Assembly: GCA_963664225.1 (NCBI GenBank)
Contig: OY760937.1
Coordinates: 896,001 to 960,000, forward strand
Origin: Verrucomicrobiia bacterium
GTDB lineage: Bacteria > Verrucomicrobiota > Verrucomicrobiia > Limisphaerales > UBA1319
Length of the DNA: 64,000 nucleotides
Reading direction: 5' to 3'
Below the pieces are notes generated by a model. The model saw nothing but the letters and a program-made list of their open reading frames with translations. It had not been told where the DNA came from and searched no databases. This document shows positions 19,515 to 28,978 of the stretch, piece after piece (position 1 is the first letter of the stretch; each line of letters starts with the position of its first letter). The position numbers were made by a program, and so were the translations under genes.

Positions 19515-21026
19515 ATGCCTATCACGGATCCAATACGGAAGAAGCTTTCGGATTTGCCTCACAAGCCGGGCATCTATTTGATGAAGGACCGCTTTGGCAC
19601 TGTGATCTATGTGGGCAAAGCGCGCGATTTGCGGCGGCGGGTCAGCCAGTATTTTCATCCGTCGAGGCGGCAGGGATGGGACATCAAATTCAACGCCCTG
19701 GTGGATTCGATCTACGACCTGGATATTCACCAGGTCCGCAGCGAGCCTGAAGCCCTGCTTTTGGAGAGCAAGCTCATCAAGGAGTTTCACCCGCGTTACA
19801 ATGTCAGTTTAAGGGACGACAAGCGGTTTCTGCTCATCAAGATCAACCTGAACGATCCGATCCCGCGCTTCACTTTAACGCGGCTACAGCAGGAGGATGG
19901 GGCGCGGTATTTCGGGCCGTTTGTGCATTCGGCCGCAGCCCGGCGCACGCTGGAACTGGCGCGCAAACAATTCCTGGTTCGCGGCTGCCGGGTGCTGACG
20001 CCCGGACCGGCGGATTACAAGCATTGCATGTACGCCAACCTGAAGTTTTGCACGGCGCCGTGCATTGGCAATGTGACGCGCGAACAGTATCTGGCGCAGG
20101 TCACCGCCGCCTGTGATTTCATGGGAGGGCAATGTGAGACGCTGGTGGCCCAGCTTGAGGAGGATATGCGCAAGGCGTCCGCGAAGCTCGATTTCGAAGA
20201 GGCCGCCGAATTGAGGGACACGCTGGAGGATTTGAAGCGCACGACTGAAAAATCCGCGAAATTCTCGCGCCTGCCTTACACCCTCCCGCTGGCGGTCGAT
20301 CCACAACGCGATTTATCCGAGTTGGCGGCGGTGCTGGGATTATCGGGACCGCCCAAACGGATTGAAGGTTTCGATATATCGAACATCAGCGGGACTTTTG
20401 TGGTGGCCTCGCTGGTGGCCTTCAAGGACGGAAGACCGGATCGTTCGAATTACCGGCGTTTCAAGATGAAGTCGGTCGATGGCCAGAACGATTTTGCGTC
20501 GATGGCCGAAACGATTCGCCGACGCTACACCCGGGTGTTGCGGGAGGCCCGAGAGGAGGAGGCCGCCGGGACATCAAACGCGCGCGGGTTGCCGGATTTG
20601 ATTTTGATCGACGGTGGAAGGCCGCAGTTGGTGGCGGCGGCGGCGGAGTTGGAACGGTTGGGCTTGAGTCGGATTCCCATGATCGGGCTGGCGAAGGAGT
20701 TTGAGGAAATCCATCGTCTGGATCGGGCGGAACCGCTTCGGCTGAAGACCGATTCCGAAGCGTTGAAATTGCTTCAGCGCATTCGGGATGAGTCCCACCG
20801 GTTTGCGAATAATTTTAATGCTCAGTTGCGCTTGAAGAAAATATCCGAAAGCATTCTGGACGAATTTCCCGGCATCGGGGAGCAGCGCAAAGCGGCTCTG
20901 CTGCGAAAATTTGGCTCCGTGCAGCGGTTGCGCCTGGCCACCGAGGAGCAGATCGGCGCGGTGGCTGGTTTCGGCGGAAAAACAGCGGCAGAGCTCAAGG
21001 CATTCCTGGTGGCACGCACCGCTTGA
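19515..21026 (+). CDS. uvrC: Excinuclease ABC subunit C
   Basis: GIY-YIG (PGIYLM...IYVGKA), Cys cluster, UVR coil, RIEGFDISN, PDLILIDGG, RDESHRFA, HhH motifs. Confidence 0.97.
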   Translation: MPITDPIRKKLSDLPHKPGIYLMKDRFGTVIYVGKARDLRRRVSQYFHPSRRQGWDIKFNALVDSIYDLDIHQVRSEPEALLLESKLIKEFHPRYNVSLRDDKRFLLIKINLNDPIPRFTLTRLQQEDGARYFGPFVHSAAARRTLELARKQFLVRGCRVLTPGPADYKHCMYANLKFCTAPCIGNVTREQYLAQVTAACDFMGGQCETLVAQLEEDMRKASAKLDFEEAAELRDTLEDLKRTTEKSAKFSRLPYTLPLAVDPQRDLSELAAVLGLSGPPKRIEGFDISNISGTFVVASLVAFKDGRPDRSNYRRFKMKSVDGQNDFASMAETIRRRYTRVLREAREEEAAGTSNARGLPDLILIDGGRPQLVAAAAELERLGLSRIPMIGLAKEFEEIHRLDRAEPLRLKTDSEALKLLQRIRDESHRFANNFNAQLRLKKISESILDEFPGIGEQRKAALLRKFGSVQRLRLATEEQIGAVAGFGGKTAAELKAFLVARTA

Positions 21027-21040
21027 GCAGTTGTGCCGTT

Positions 21041-23542
21041 TCAGTGCCGCCTGAGGATCAGGCGGTGATCGACGCGGCGGGTCTGGTGGAACTCCAGCGG
21101 GGGCAGATCGGTCAGGGTGGGGGATTCCGTCTCGTGGAGGGTTTCCCTGGCCAGCACTTGAAAGGCGCGCCACCGCGGCCATTCCATGTCGGGCGCATGC
21201 ACGATCTGGCGCAGAAGACTCCGCCACTCAATAATGATGCGGTCAATGTCGCCCACACCCGCCATGGGAGTGGTCCAGGCATGTTTGGATGCGGGATTGC
21301 GGGAGACCGCCGCGACGACCTGTTCCGCGCCCGCACCGTATTTGGGCGGAATACCATTTTCCAGATAACCGGGCGCGGAATGTGACTTGTAAACCTGCTG
21401 GCAGGTGATGGCCAGGCGCCCGCTCCATCGGCTTTGGTCGTCGCCGCAGAATCGGAAACTGGCGTCCAGATTCGCAATGTCGTAAAGCAGTTCGCTCAAA
21501 GGATAGGATTCGTCTTCGAGCGCGGCGGCAATGGCCAGGCCGTCGCCCTGCGAAAAAAAGGCCAGGACGCGACCGCGACGCGTGGGCACGCCCGAGGCAT
21601 CGATGAGGCCCAAGCGACGCCACAAAAGGGCGGTTCCAGTGGCGGTGGAGAGTTCCAGACAGGTGGGACGCAACGCGCAAGTGGCGCAGTCCCCGGGCAT
21701 GACTTCGCGTTCGAATGGGTGCCATAGAGCAACGCCAAAGGCATCGACGGGCACGCGCAAAGGCATTTCTTCGAGACTGATGTCAGCGTAGATTTTATCG
21801 GGATCCAAAACAAACTGATCCACGAGGAGCTTTTGTTGAGAAAACGTGCTTTGGATTGCGGGCGCGATTTTTTGGGACCAAAGAGCCATCGGATGCTGGC
21901 GTCCATGCCAATGAATCAAGCGCTGAATCCATTTAACGAGAACCAAGTGGTCGCCGTTTATGCGGTCGGCAATGGTGATGCGGCGGCCCAGGATTTTCAC
22001 GCCATCCTGTTCGCGAAGGATTTTGATAGGACCTGCGCCGACTTTTTCGATGGCGGCCTGAAGGGAAAGGGCGGGCCGCAAAACAACCCCCGAGGCTTCG
22101 GTGGGCATGGGTTCCGCCATCACGCGAATATCCTTGAGGGGGACTTCCATGATTTTGGGATACGGCTGCCATTGGGCCTGGCTGTTGAGTATCTGAAGGA
22201 TTTTCCTGCGCGTGTGCCGGGCCCGTTCGGCGTCCGTGCGCAGGCCGCAGGGAACCTCCGGATTCTTCATGGACTCCTCAACACCCAAGGTGATGGGTTT
22301 GACCGTGAACAGGCGCTTTTGAACGCGAACGGCCTCCGTGAGGGGATCCAGGTTGTTTTGATGCGCAGCGTCCATCAGGTTGAGCAGTGTGTTCCAGTCC
22401 ACCTGATTTGTGCGGGTGACATGAATGGGATGGCTGTCGCGGATGCGGATTTGGTTGGCCGTCACGAGGGCGTAGCCGATTTCATCGATGCCACGACGCC
22501 CTGCGCGGCCGAACATTTGCAGGATTTCGTCGGCGCGCAAAGGGTGCTCCAATTCATCGCGCCGGTAGGATTCACCCGCGAGGGCGACGCTGCGGAGGGA
22601 GAAGTTGATTCCAGCGGCGAGTCCCATGGTGGCCACGACCACGCGGAGCTGGCCGGCCTTGGCCAGAGGTTCCACCACGCCCGCCCGCGCGCCGTAACTC
22701 AGACCGCTGTGGTGATAGGCGATGCGGCATTTCAGAAGACGCGTGAGGTGGTCGCCCGCGAGAGCTTTTTGCTCCGGACTTAGCGAGAGCGGATTGGGTG
22801 TGGGCAGGTAACGGGCCAGTTCGGCAGCCAGAGCCTCGGTGGCCTGACGGCGGGGTGCGAAGATGAGGATGGGTCCCAGATCCTCGGCGAGGGCCTTGGC
22901 AATTGCGCGGGGCCAGTAGCCGCGAATGTCACTTGGAACATGGAAACTGAGTTGATCGACATCGACTTCCTCCAAGGGCACGGGGCGAATCTCGTGTTTG
23001 ATGAGGGTGGCGTTTCGACCCAGTCGATGCAGCCATTGAACCAGATCCTGGGGATTGGCCACGCTACCGCTCATGAGGAGCAGTTGGGTCTGCGGCGGGG
23101 CCAGTGCCAGAGCGAGTTCGTAATTGAGACCGCGATCGGGGTCGCCGATCATCTGGTATTCATCAATGACGAGCAGCACGGGTCCCTCACCGCGTATCAG
23201 GCGGTTTTTCTGAGTCTCCAGCGTGGCGACCAACACGGGGGCATCGAGGTTTTCCGCCAGATCGCCCGTGGCAATGCCGGCATTCCAACCGCGCGCGCGC
23301 CACTCGGCCAGTTTGTCATTGGCCAGGGCGCGAGTGGGCACGGTGTAGATGGCCTGGCCGCGATTTTTGCCCTGATGCGACCATAGCTCGAATATCAATG
23401 TCTTTCCCGCGCCTGTGGGGGCCTGGACCACCACATCCTGACCTGAACGCAACGCGGCAACGGCCTGCTGCTGCCAGAGGTCAGGGATGACGACCTGGTT
23501 AAAGGTTGGCGCATTCGCGAGTTGTTCAGCCATTGAAAGCAC
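21041..23542 (-). CDS. Ski2/HelY-like superfamily II DEAD/DEAH helicase
   Basis: APTGAGKT, PTRALANDK, IDEYQ, AYHHSGL, ATMGLAAGINF, QMFGRAGRRG; C-terminal CATC...C cluster. Confidence 0.88.
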   Translation of the reverse strand: MLSMAEQLANAPTFNQVVIPDLWQQQAVAALRSGQDVVVQAPTGAGKTLIFELWSHQGKNRGQAIYTVPTRALANDKLAEWRARGWNAGIATGDLAENLDAPVLVATLETQKNRLIRGEGPVLLVIDEYQMIGDPDRGLNYELALALAPPQTQLLLMSGSVANPQDLVQWLHRLGRNATLIKHEIRPVPLEEVDVDQLSFHVPSDIRGYWPRAIAKALAEDLGPILIFAPRRQATEALAAELARYLPTPNPLSLSPEQKALAGDHLTRLLKCRIAYHHSGLSYGARAGVVEPLAKAGQLRVVVATMGLAAGINFSLRSVALAGESYRRDELEHPLRADEILQMFGRAGRRGIDEIGYALVTANQIRIRDSHPIHVTRTNQVDWNTLLNLMDAAHQNNLDPLTEAVRVQKRLFTVKPITLGVEESMKNPEVPCGLRTDAERARHTRRKILQILNSQAQWQPYPKIMEVPLKDIRVMAEPMPTEASGVVLRPALSLQAAIEKVGAGPIKILREQDGVKILGRRITIADRINGDHLVLVKWIQRLIHWHGRQHPMALWSQKIAPAIQSTFSQQKLLVDQFVLDPDKIYADISLEEMPLRVPVDAFGVALWHPFEREVMPGDCATCALRPTCLELSTATGTALLWRRLGLIDASGVPTRRGRVLAFFSQGDGLAIAAALEDESYPLSELLYDIANLDASFRFCGDDQSRWSGRLAITCQQVYKSHSAPGYLENGIPPKYGAGAEQVVAAVSRNPASKHAWTTPMAGVGDIDRIIIEWRSLLRQIVHAPDMEWPRWRAFQVLARETLHETESPTLTDLPPLEFHQTRRVDHRLILRRH

Positions 23543-23748
23543 GGCACAAAGATAGATGATTTTGTAAAAACGCCAATCGTGAATCGCTTAGAAAACACAG
23601 AAAAATGGTTTTAAGAGATTGTTACAGGACAATCTGTGAAAGCGACAATCCACCTTTTAAATCCGCGATGCGCCATGAGCGATTGGATTTGGAATTGGAA
23701 TTGAATCCAATGGAGTCACAGGTCCCGCCGTCTCAAGGCGGGGGCACG

Positions 23749-24324
23749 TTACTTTGCTTTCATTTTTGCGATGGCCTCCTGCATTTCACTTAAGTGAACC
23801 GATGCCGAGTTGGTATCCGTGATGTGCGCGATTTTACCATCTTTGGCGATGAGGAAACTGACACGCCGCGCCATGGTTGCTTCGGGAGCTTTTCGCGCGC
23901 CGTAAAGATCCGCCAGTTTGCCATCGGTGTCCACCAGCAGCGGGAAATTCAATTCGTTCGAAGCCCGGAACTTTTTATGGCTTTCCGCGGAATCAAAACT
24001 GACTCCCAGCACCTGAACGTCATCGGCACTCAACTGGCTCATGCGATCCCGAAGCCCACAGGCCTCGGCGGTGCATCCGGGTGTGCCGTCCTTGGGATAG
24101 AAATAGAGCAGGACGGTCTTTTTGCCGGACAGGTCGGCAAGCTTCCAATGCGTGCCATCCTGATCGACGGCCTCGAAGGGTGGGGCGATTTGACCGACCT
24201 TTGGCTTTTCCGGGGTGCCAGCAGCGGCGGTGTCCGCATGAAGAGAGTTCAGCCAAAACACAGTTGCCAGCAGACCGACTGCTGCGGCCCTGGCGACGTT
24301 CCATGGAATATATCGAGCCATCAT
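23749..24324 (-). CDS. bcp: BCP/PrxQ peroxiredoxin with N-terminal signal peptide
   Basis: LYFYPKDGTPGCTAEACGLRD, GVSFD, RVSFLI; N-terminal hydrophobic segment ending SLHA. Confidence 0.85.
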   Translation of the reverse strand: MMARYIPWNVARAAAVGLLATVFWLNSLHADTAAAGTPEKPKVGQIAPPFEAVDQDGTHWKLADLSGKKTVLLYFYPKDGTPGCTAEACGLRDRMSQLSADDVQVLGVSFDSAESHKKFRASNELNFPLLVDTDGKLADLYGARKAPEATMARRVSFLIAKDGKIAHITDTNSASVHLSEMQEAIAKMKAK

Positions 24325-24500
24325 GGCCCAATTTCGCTCAAGTCGCACAGGATGCAACCGGCGGCGAGCCCCAGTTTGATTTTAATGAATTAGAGTTTTG
24401 TTGCGCTTAACGAAGCCCCGAAAGCATGGGTAATTATCGAATGAATTGCTTTTTAAAATGCTGCGTTGACAATTGTAACGATTAAGGAAACTCTGCGTAA

Positions 24501-27500
24501 ATGAGGCATGATTCAGGTTGTATTTTCGGGCTGTTTGCCGCTATTTCAATACTTAGTTGTTGCACGGTTCTGGCGCAACCTTCGAGCACCCCTGAGTTGA
24601 ATTTTCCAGTTGCTGACTCGACGGTTCTTACAGCGGTTGAAACCAACGGGATTCTTTACGTCGGCGGCTACTTTACTCAAATTGGGCCATCGACCGGAGC
24701 TTTTGCGGCCGTGTCTCCAACGTCCGGGGTTCCAGCGCGGCCATTTCCGTATTTTAGCGGCACCGTGTCGTGCAGCATACCTGACGGCAAAGGCGGGGTT
24801 TATGTGGGGGGCAGCTTTGTGACTATTGGAACCGTTGTGACGACAAACCTGGCGCACCTGGGTGCAGACCTGACCTTGGATCCGAGCTTTGCATTCGCCA
24901 TCGATGCCGGAGTGACCGCCTTGGCCGTTTATAACGACCAACTCCTGGTTGGCGGCAGTTTCAATGCGATCAACGGCCAGAGTCGATCCAATCTGGCCCA
25001 GGTCAATCTTGTCTCAAAACAGGCAGAGGCGTTTGGCCTGCCGATCGATGGTCCGGTGCAAGCGCTGGTGGTCAGCGGGGACCGGTTGTACTTGGGGGGT
25101 GTCTTTACTCACATTAATGATGTGACTCGCAATTACCTGGCATGCGTGGATCTTGCCCGTGGTGAACTAACCGCCTGGGATCCCGCGCCGGACTCGAATT
25201 TCAATCTGGGTGTCAATACACTGGTGGCCACGGACGGGCGCATCTATGTGGCTGGCGACTTTAATCGACTGGCCAGTACCGCGCGCGCTCAGGTGGCCGC
25301 GTTCGATGCGACAACAGGACAGTTGTTGGACTGGGACGCGCACGTCTATGTGCCGTACACCGCACAGACGGTTCAAGCGCTGGCCGTGTCGAGCAATGCC
25401 GTTTATATAGGGGGCAATTTTGCCAGTCTGGGAGGACAATCCCGCAGTCACCTCGGAGCTGTGGATACAATCACTGGCAGCGTATTGCCCTGGCAACCGG
25501 GCATCCCTTACAACGCGGTGCGGGCGTTGGCCGTGTCCGGCAATACCGTATATGTCGGCGGTGATTTTCCGGGAATTGGAATCGATGGTCCCCAATATCT
25601 GGCCGCAGTGAACGGGAGTTCCGGCGCGGTTTTACCATGGACGCCCGCGCCGGGTGGGACAGTGCTGAGCATCCTTCCCTTGAATAATCAGGTATTTGTT
25701 GGGGGGGCCTTTGGATCCATTGGCGGGATCAACCGCCAAGTGGTGGCGGCCATCGATTTGTCCACGGAAACGCCAACCAGTTGGGATGCTCATATGATGG
25801 CTAACGGCGCCACCGGAAGTTTTGTGAGTTCACTGGTTTTGAGCGGTGAGTCGCTCATTCTTAGCGGCTGGTTTTATGGCATTGGCGGTGAACTGCGCGA
25901 TTCGTATGGAGCTGTTCGTTTGGATGACGCGAGTGTTTTGCCAATTGACGGAAGCGTTCTTCCGCAGCCCGGCTATCCGCCAAGGTTATCGGGCCTTCTT
26001 TTCGCAGGGAACAATTTGATTATTGCAGCCACTTACGCCAATCCGGTGCCGGTTGTGTTCGATGCGGTTACCGGCCTGCAAGTGGACTGGGATTTCGGTG
26101 TGGATGGAGGCATCAGTTCATTTGCCGCCACAAGCAACACGCTCTATATCGGAGGAAGTTTTGCAATTGCTGGAGGACAACCACGCGCGAACCTGGCCGC
26201 GTTCGATATTGCCACCCGCCAATTGCTGCCATGGCATCCCATTGTGAATGGTTCAGTCGCAACGATATTGGCCCGGGATCAGACGATCATCGCCTATGGA
26301 AACTTCCTGACCGCCAACGGCCAGTCCCGAACGAATCTGGCCGTGTTTGACGCCGTCTCTGGCGATCTGGCCCTTGGGCCGACAGGCTTGGTTTTGGATG
26401 GCGAGATTCGCGATATAAACGCCACTCAAAATGCGTTGTATCTGGCTGGAAATTTTAACCATGTCAATCAAGAGACGAGGAGTTGCTTTGCGGCCGTTGA
26501 CCTTCTCACCGGACAGGTTCGGCCCTGGAACCCCGGGGTTCCCACCGTGTCGGTTAATTATGAGGCCAGAGGATGGAAGACCCTGATTGCAGCCGACAAG
26601 CTCATTATCGCTGGAAGTTTTTCCGCGATTGGCGGTAATCCGAGGACAGGGCTGGCCGCCTTTGCTTTGACCAACCTGCCACCAAAAGTCCAGATACTCA
26701 TTCCCACGAACAATACGGTTTTGCATGCCCCGGCACAAATTCCGCTCGAAATTCAAGCCAGCTCTCCTTCCAACGCGATTGCGCGCGTGGAGGTTTATTG
26801 CAGAACCAACCTCATCGCAAGCACCACGAATGGATCGTTTGCGACCAACTGGGTCGTGCCCAGGCATGTGGGCGACTACCTGGTGACCGCCGTAGGCTAT
26901 GACCGATACGGCGAGTCCGCGTTTTCGCCTGCCGCACGGATTACCGTTAATTTACCAACCGATTATATTCCTCCGACGGTCAGCATCACATTTCCCCAGA
27001 GCAACGCTGTCTATGCTCCATTCAGCACGATCCCTGTGCAGACTGAAGTGAATGCGCCGAAAAGTTCCGTTGAGAAATTGCAGGTTTTATTGGGGACAAA
27101 TGTGTTGGCCACATTCACCAATGCTCCCTACACATTTTCACTGACCAACATGTCACCCGGAACGTATTCCGTCACAGCGCTGGTGGAGGACGAATTTGGA
27201 ATAACTGCAACGAACGGACCGGTGGCGTTCAGAATCAACAGCCCGCCTCACGTCTTCCTGGTAAATGCCCTCTATGGAATCGTTATGGGTTCGCACACTA
27301 ACTTGCAGCTTACAGCTCCGGCCACCGATGCGGATGGTTTTATCAGCAATGTGACCATTTACAATGACGGTGACGTTATCGCTTCCTTCACAAATGCCCC
27401 GTTCACTTTTAATTGGACCAATCCTCCGGCCGGGTATTACGCCTTTACAGCGGTTGCGACGGACGATTTCGGGTCGAAGGCCACGAGTTCTGTAATGAAG

Positions 27501-28406
27501 GTCACGGTTTACCCGGGACCGAAATATCTTCAGGTGTTGGATAATAAGGACACCAATGTGACATTCGCAGGTTCCTGGAATACTGGCCCGGATGGTTACC
27601 TCGGGAGTTATCGATTTGCTTACGGTTCAACTGAAGCGGCCACAGCCACGGCCACATGTCGCCCGCACATCCCCGCAAGCGGGCCTTACGACGTTTACAT
27701 TTATTACATGAGAAGAATCATTGCATCCACCAGTTCTCAATGGCAAATCTCTTACAATGGAGGGGTCACAAACATTATCGTTGACCAAGCTTACCGGGGA
27801 GGAGCCGGCAAATGGTCTCTGCTTGCATCAGGTATAAACTTTATGGAAGGGACCAACGGATTTATTGCCTTATCCAACCTGGGGGACACCAATCAGATTG
27901 TGATTATAGACGCCGTTCGCGTGGTCTCCTCAACGGTGCCATTTGTGGTCAGTCAACCACTCAGCCAGTCGGTTAAAATTGGGAAATCGGCCACTTTGTC
28001 TGTAAGCGCCACGGGAAGCCCGCCGCTTTCCTATCAATGGAAATTCAATGGGACCGATATTACGAATGCCACGAGCACCAACCTGGTGGTTGCCAATGTC
28101 CAGCCTGACAAAGCGGGGGCTTATTCTGTCGTGGTCAGCAATTTTCTGTCTTCGGCGATTAGTACCAGTGCCATATTAACCCTGGCCGCACCGTCGGCTC
28201 CGAGACTATCAGCGATCTGGACCCCCAGCGAGGGCGTGATTCAATTATTGCTGAACAGCGATCCTGGGGTAGCGTTCACCATTGAAACTTCCACCAATAT
28301 GGTGGAGTGGACGACCTTTATGCAGATTCCAAGTGGGACTGGAACGAATGCGTTCAGCGACACCGTTACAAGCGATGTTCGGCGCTTCTATCGCGCCAGG
28401 TGGTAA
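24501..28406 (+). CDS. Large secreted surface protein: repeated YVGG.F beta-propellers, three Big_7-like Ig domains, golvesin/Xly-CBD-like domain, I-set Ig, C-terminal FYR domain
   Basis: Signal peptide ending TVLA; repeats V.ALAVSG..VYVGG.F..I.G..R..LA.VD...G.V..W.P; PP.V.I..P...TNAPY Ig units; GPYDVYIYY...IIDAVR; QPLSQSV...YQWKFNG; ends IETSTNMVEW...RRFYRARW. Confidence 0.8.
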   Translation: MRHDSGCIFGLFAAISILSCCTVLAQPSSTPELNFPVADSTVLTAVETNGILYVGGYFTQIGPSTGAFAAVSPTSGVPARPFPYFSGTVSCSIPDGKGGVYVGGSFVTIGTVVTTNLAHLGADLTLDPSFAFAIDAGVTALAVYNDQLLVGGSFNAINGQSRSNLAQVNLVSKQAEAFGLPIDGPVQALVVSGDRLYLGGVFTHINDVTRNYLACVDLARGELTAWDPAPDSNFNLGVNTLVATDGRIYVAGDFNRLASTARAQVAAFDATTGQLLDWDAHVYVPYTAQTVQALAVSSNAVYIGGNFASLGGQSRSHLGAVDTITGSVLPWQPGIPYNAVRALAVSGNTVYVGGDFPGIGIDGPQYLAAVNGSSGAVLPWTPAPGGTVLSILPLNNQVFVGGAFGSIGGINRQVVAAIDLSTETPTSWDAHMMANGATGSFVSSLVLSGESLILSGWFYGIGGELRDSYGAVRLDDASVLPIDGSVLPQPGYPPRLSGLLFAGNNLIIAATYANPVPVVFDAVTGLQVDWDFGVDGGISSFAATSNTLYIGGSFAIAGGQPRANLAAFDIATRQLLPWHPIVNGSVATILARDQTIIAYGNFLTANGQSRTNLAVFDAVSGDLALGPTGLVLDGEIRDINATQNALYLAGNFNHVNQETRSCFAAVDLLTGQVRPWNPGVPTVSVNYEARGWKTLIAADKLIIAGSFSAIGGNPRTGLAAFALTNLPPKVQILIPTNNTVLHAPAQIPLEIQASSPSNAIARVEVYCRTNLIASTTNGSFATNWVVPRHVGDYLVTAVGYDRYGESAFSPAARITVNLPTDYIPPTVSITFPQSNAVYAPFSTIPVQTEVNAPKSSVEKLQVLLGTNVLATFTNAPYTFSLTNMSPGTYSVTALVEDEFGITATNGPVAFRINSPPHVFLVNALYGIVMGSHTNLQLTAPATDADGFISNVTIYNDGDVIASFTNAPFTFNWTNPPAGYYAFTAVATDDFGSKATSSVMKVTVYPGPKYLQVLDNKDTNVTFAGSWNTGPDGYLGSYRFAYGSTEAATATATCRPHIPASGPYDVYIYYMRRIIASTSSQWQISYNGGVTNIIVDQAYRGGAGKWSLLASGINFMEGTNGFIALSNLGDTNQIVIIDAVRVVSSTVPFVVSQPLSQSVKIGKSATLSVSATGSPPLSYQWKFNGTDITNATSTNLVVANVQPDKAGAYSVVVSNFLSSAISTSAILTLAAPSAPRLSAIWTPSEGVIQLLLNSDPGVAFTIETSTNMVEWTTFMQIPSGTGTNAFSDTVTSDVRRFYRARW

Positions 28407-28499
28407 AATCCTTGAATGGCTGGAGTAAGCTTTCGATGCCCATTCCTGAATAATTCTCCTGCCGTTGACGGATTGGGAGACTCTGTTAGCCTTTTTGAC

Positions 28500-28937
28500 G
28501 TGAACACAGGCAAGAAAGAACCCGTAGTGCGTTTCAGCATCTCCCTCCCGGGAGCGCTGGCCAAACAACTGGATCAGATGGCCCATCAGAAGGGTTACGA
28601 CAACCGTTCGCTCGCAGTGGCGGACATGATTCGGGCGACTTTGGTGGAGCACCGGCAAAATTCAGGTGATGAGGAAATCGCGGGGACCGTGACGCTTGTC
28701 TATGATCACCACAAACAGCATGTTCAGGCCGCGCTCACGGATATTCAGCATGACCACCACGAAGTCATCGTATCCACGCTGCATGTGCATCTGGACCATT
28801 TCAATTGCCTGGAGGTGCTGGTGGTTCGAGGCAAGGCGGGTGTGATCAAAAAAATCGCCGACGAACTGATCGCCGCAAAAGGGGTAAAGCACGGAAAATT
28901 AACTGTGACCACCACTGGCAGGGATTTAACTGCATAA
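28500..28937 (+). CDS. nikR: Nickel-responsive regulator NikR
   Basis: RHH domain RFSISL...GYDNRS; YDHH, HVHLDHFNCLEV Ni ligands; KGVKHGKL. GTG start follows TTGACG-N16-TAGCCT-N7. Confidence 0.95.
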   Translation: MNTGKKEPVVRFSISLPGALAKQLDQMAHQKGYDNRSLAVADMIRATLVEHRQNSGDEEIAGTVTLVYDHHKQHVQAALTDIQHDHHEVIVSTLHVHLDHFNCLEVLVVRGKAGVIKKIADELIAAKGVKHGKLTVTTTGRDLTA

Positions 28938-28978
28938 TACAGGATTCCTGCCTTGGCGCAGAGTCCGTTGCGCGTGTG

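Noticed and set aside
23724..23742. Terminator after bcp (CCCGCC/GGCGGG hairpin)
   Set aside because: Short stem with no U-tract on the minus strand; not enough support.
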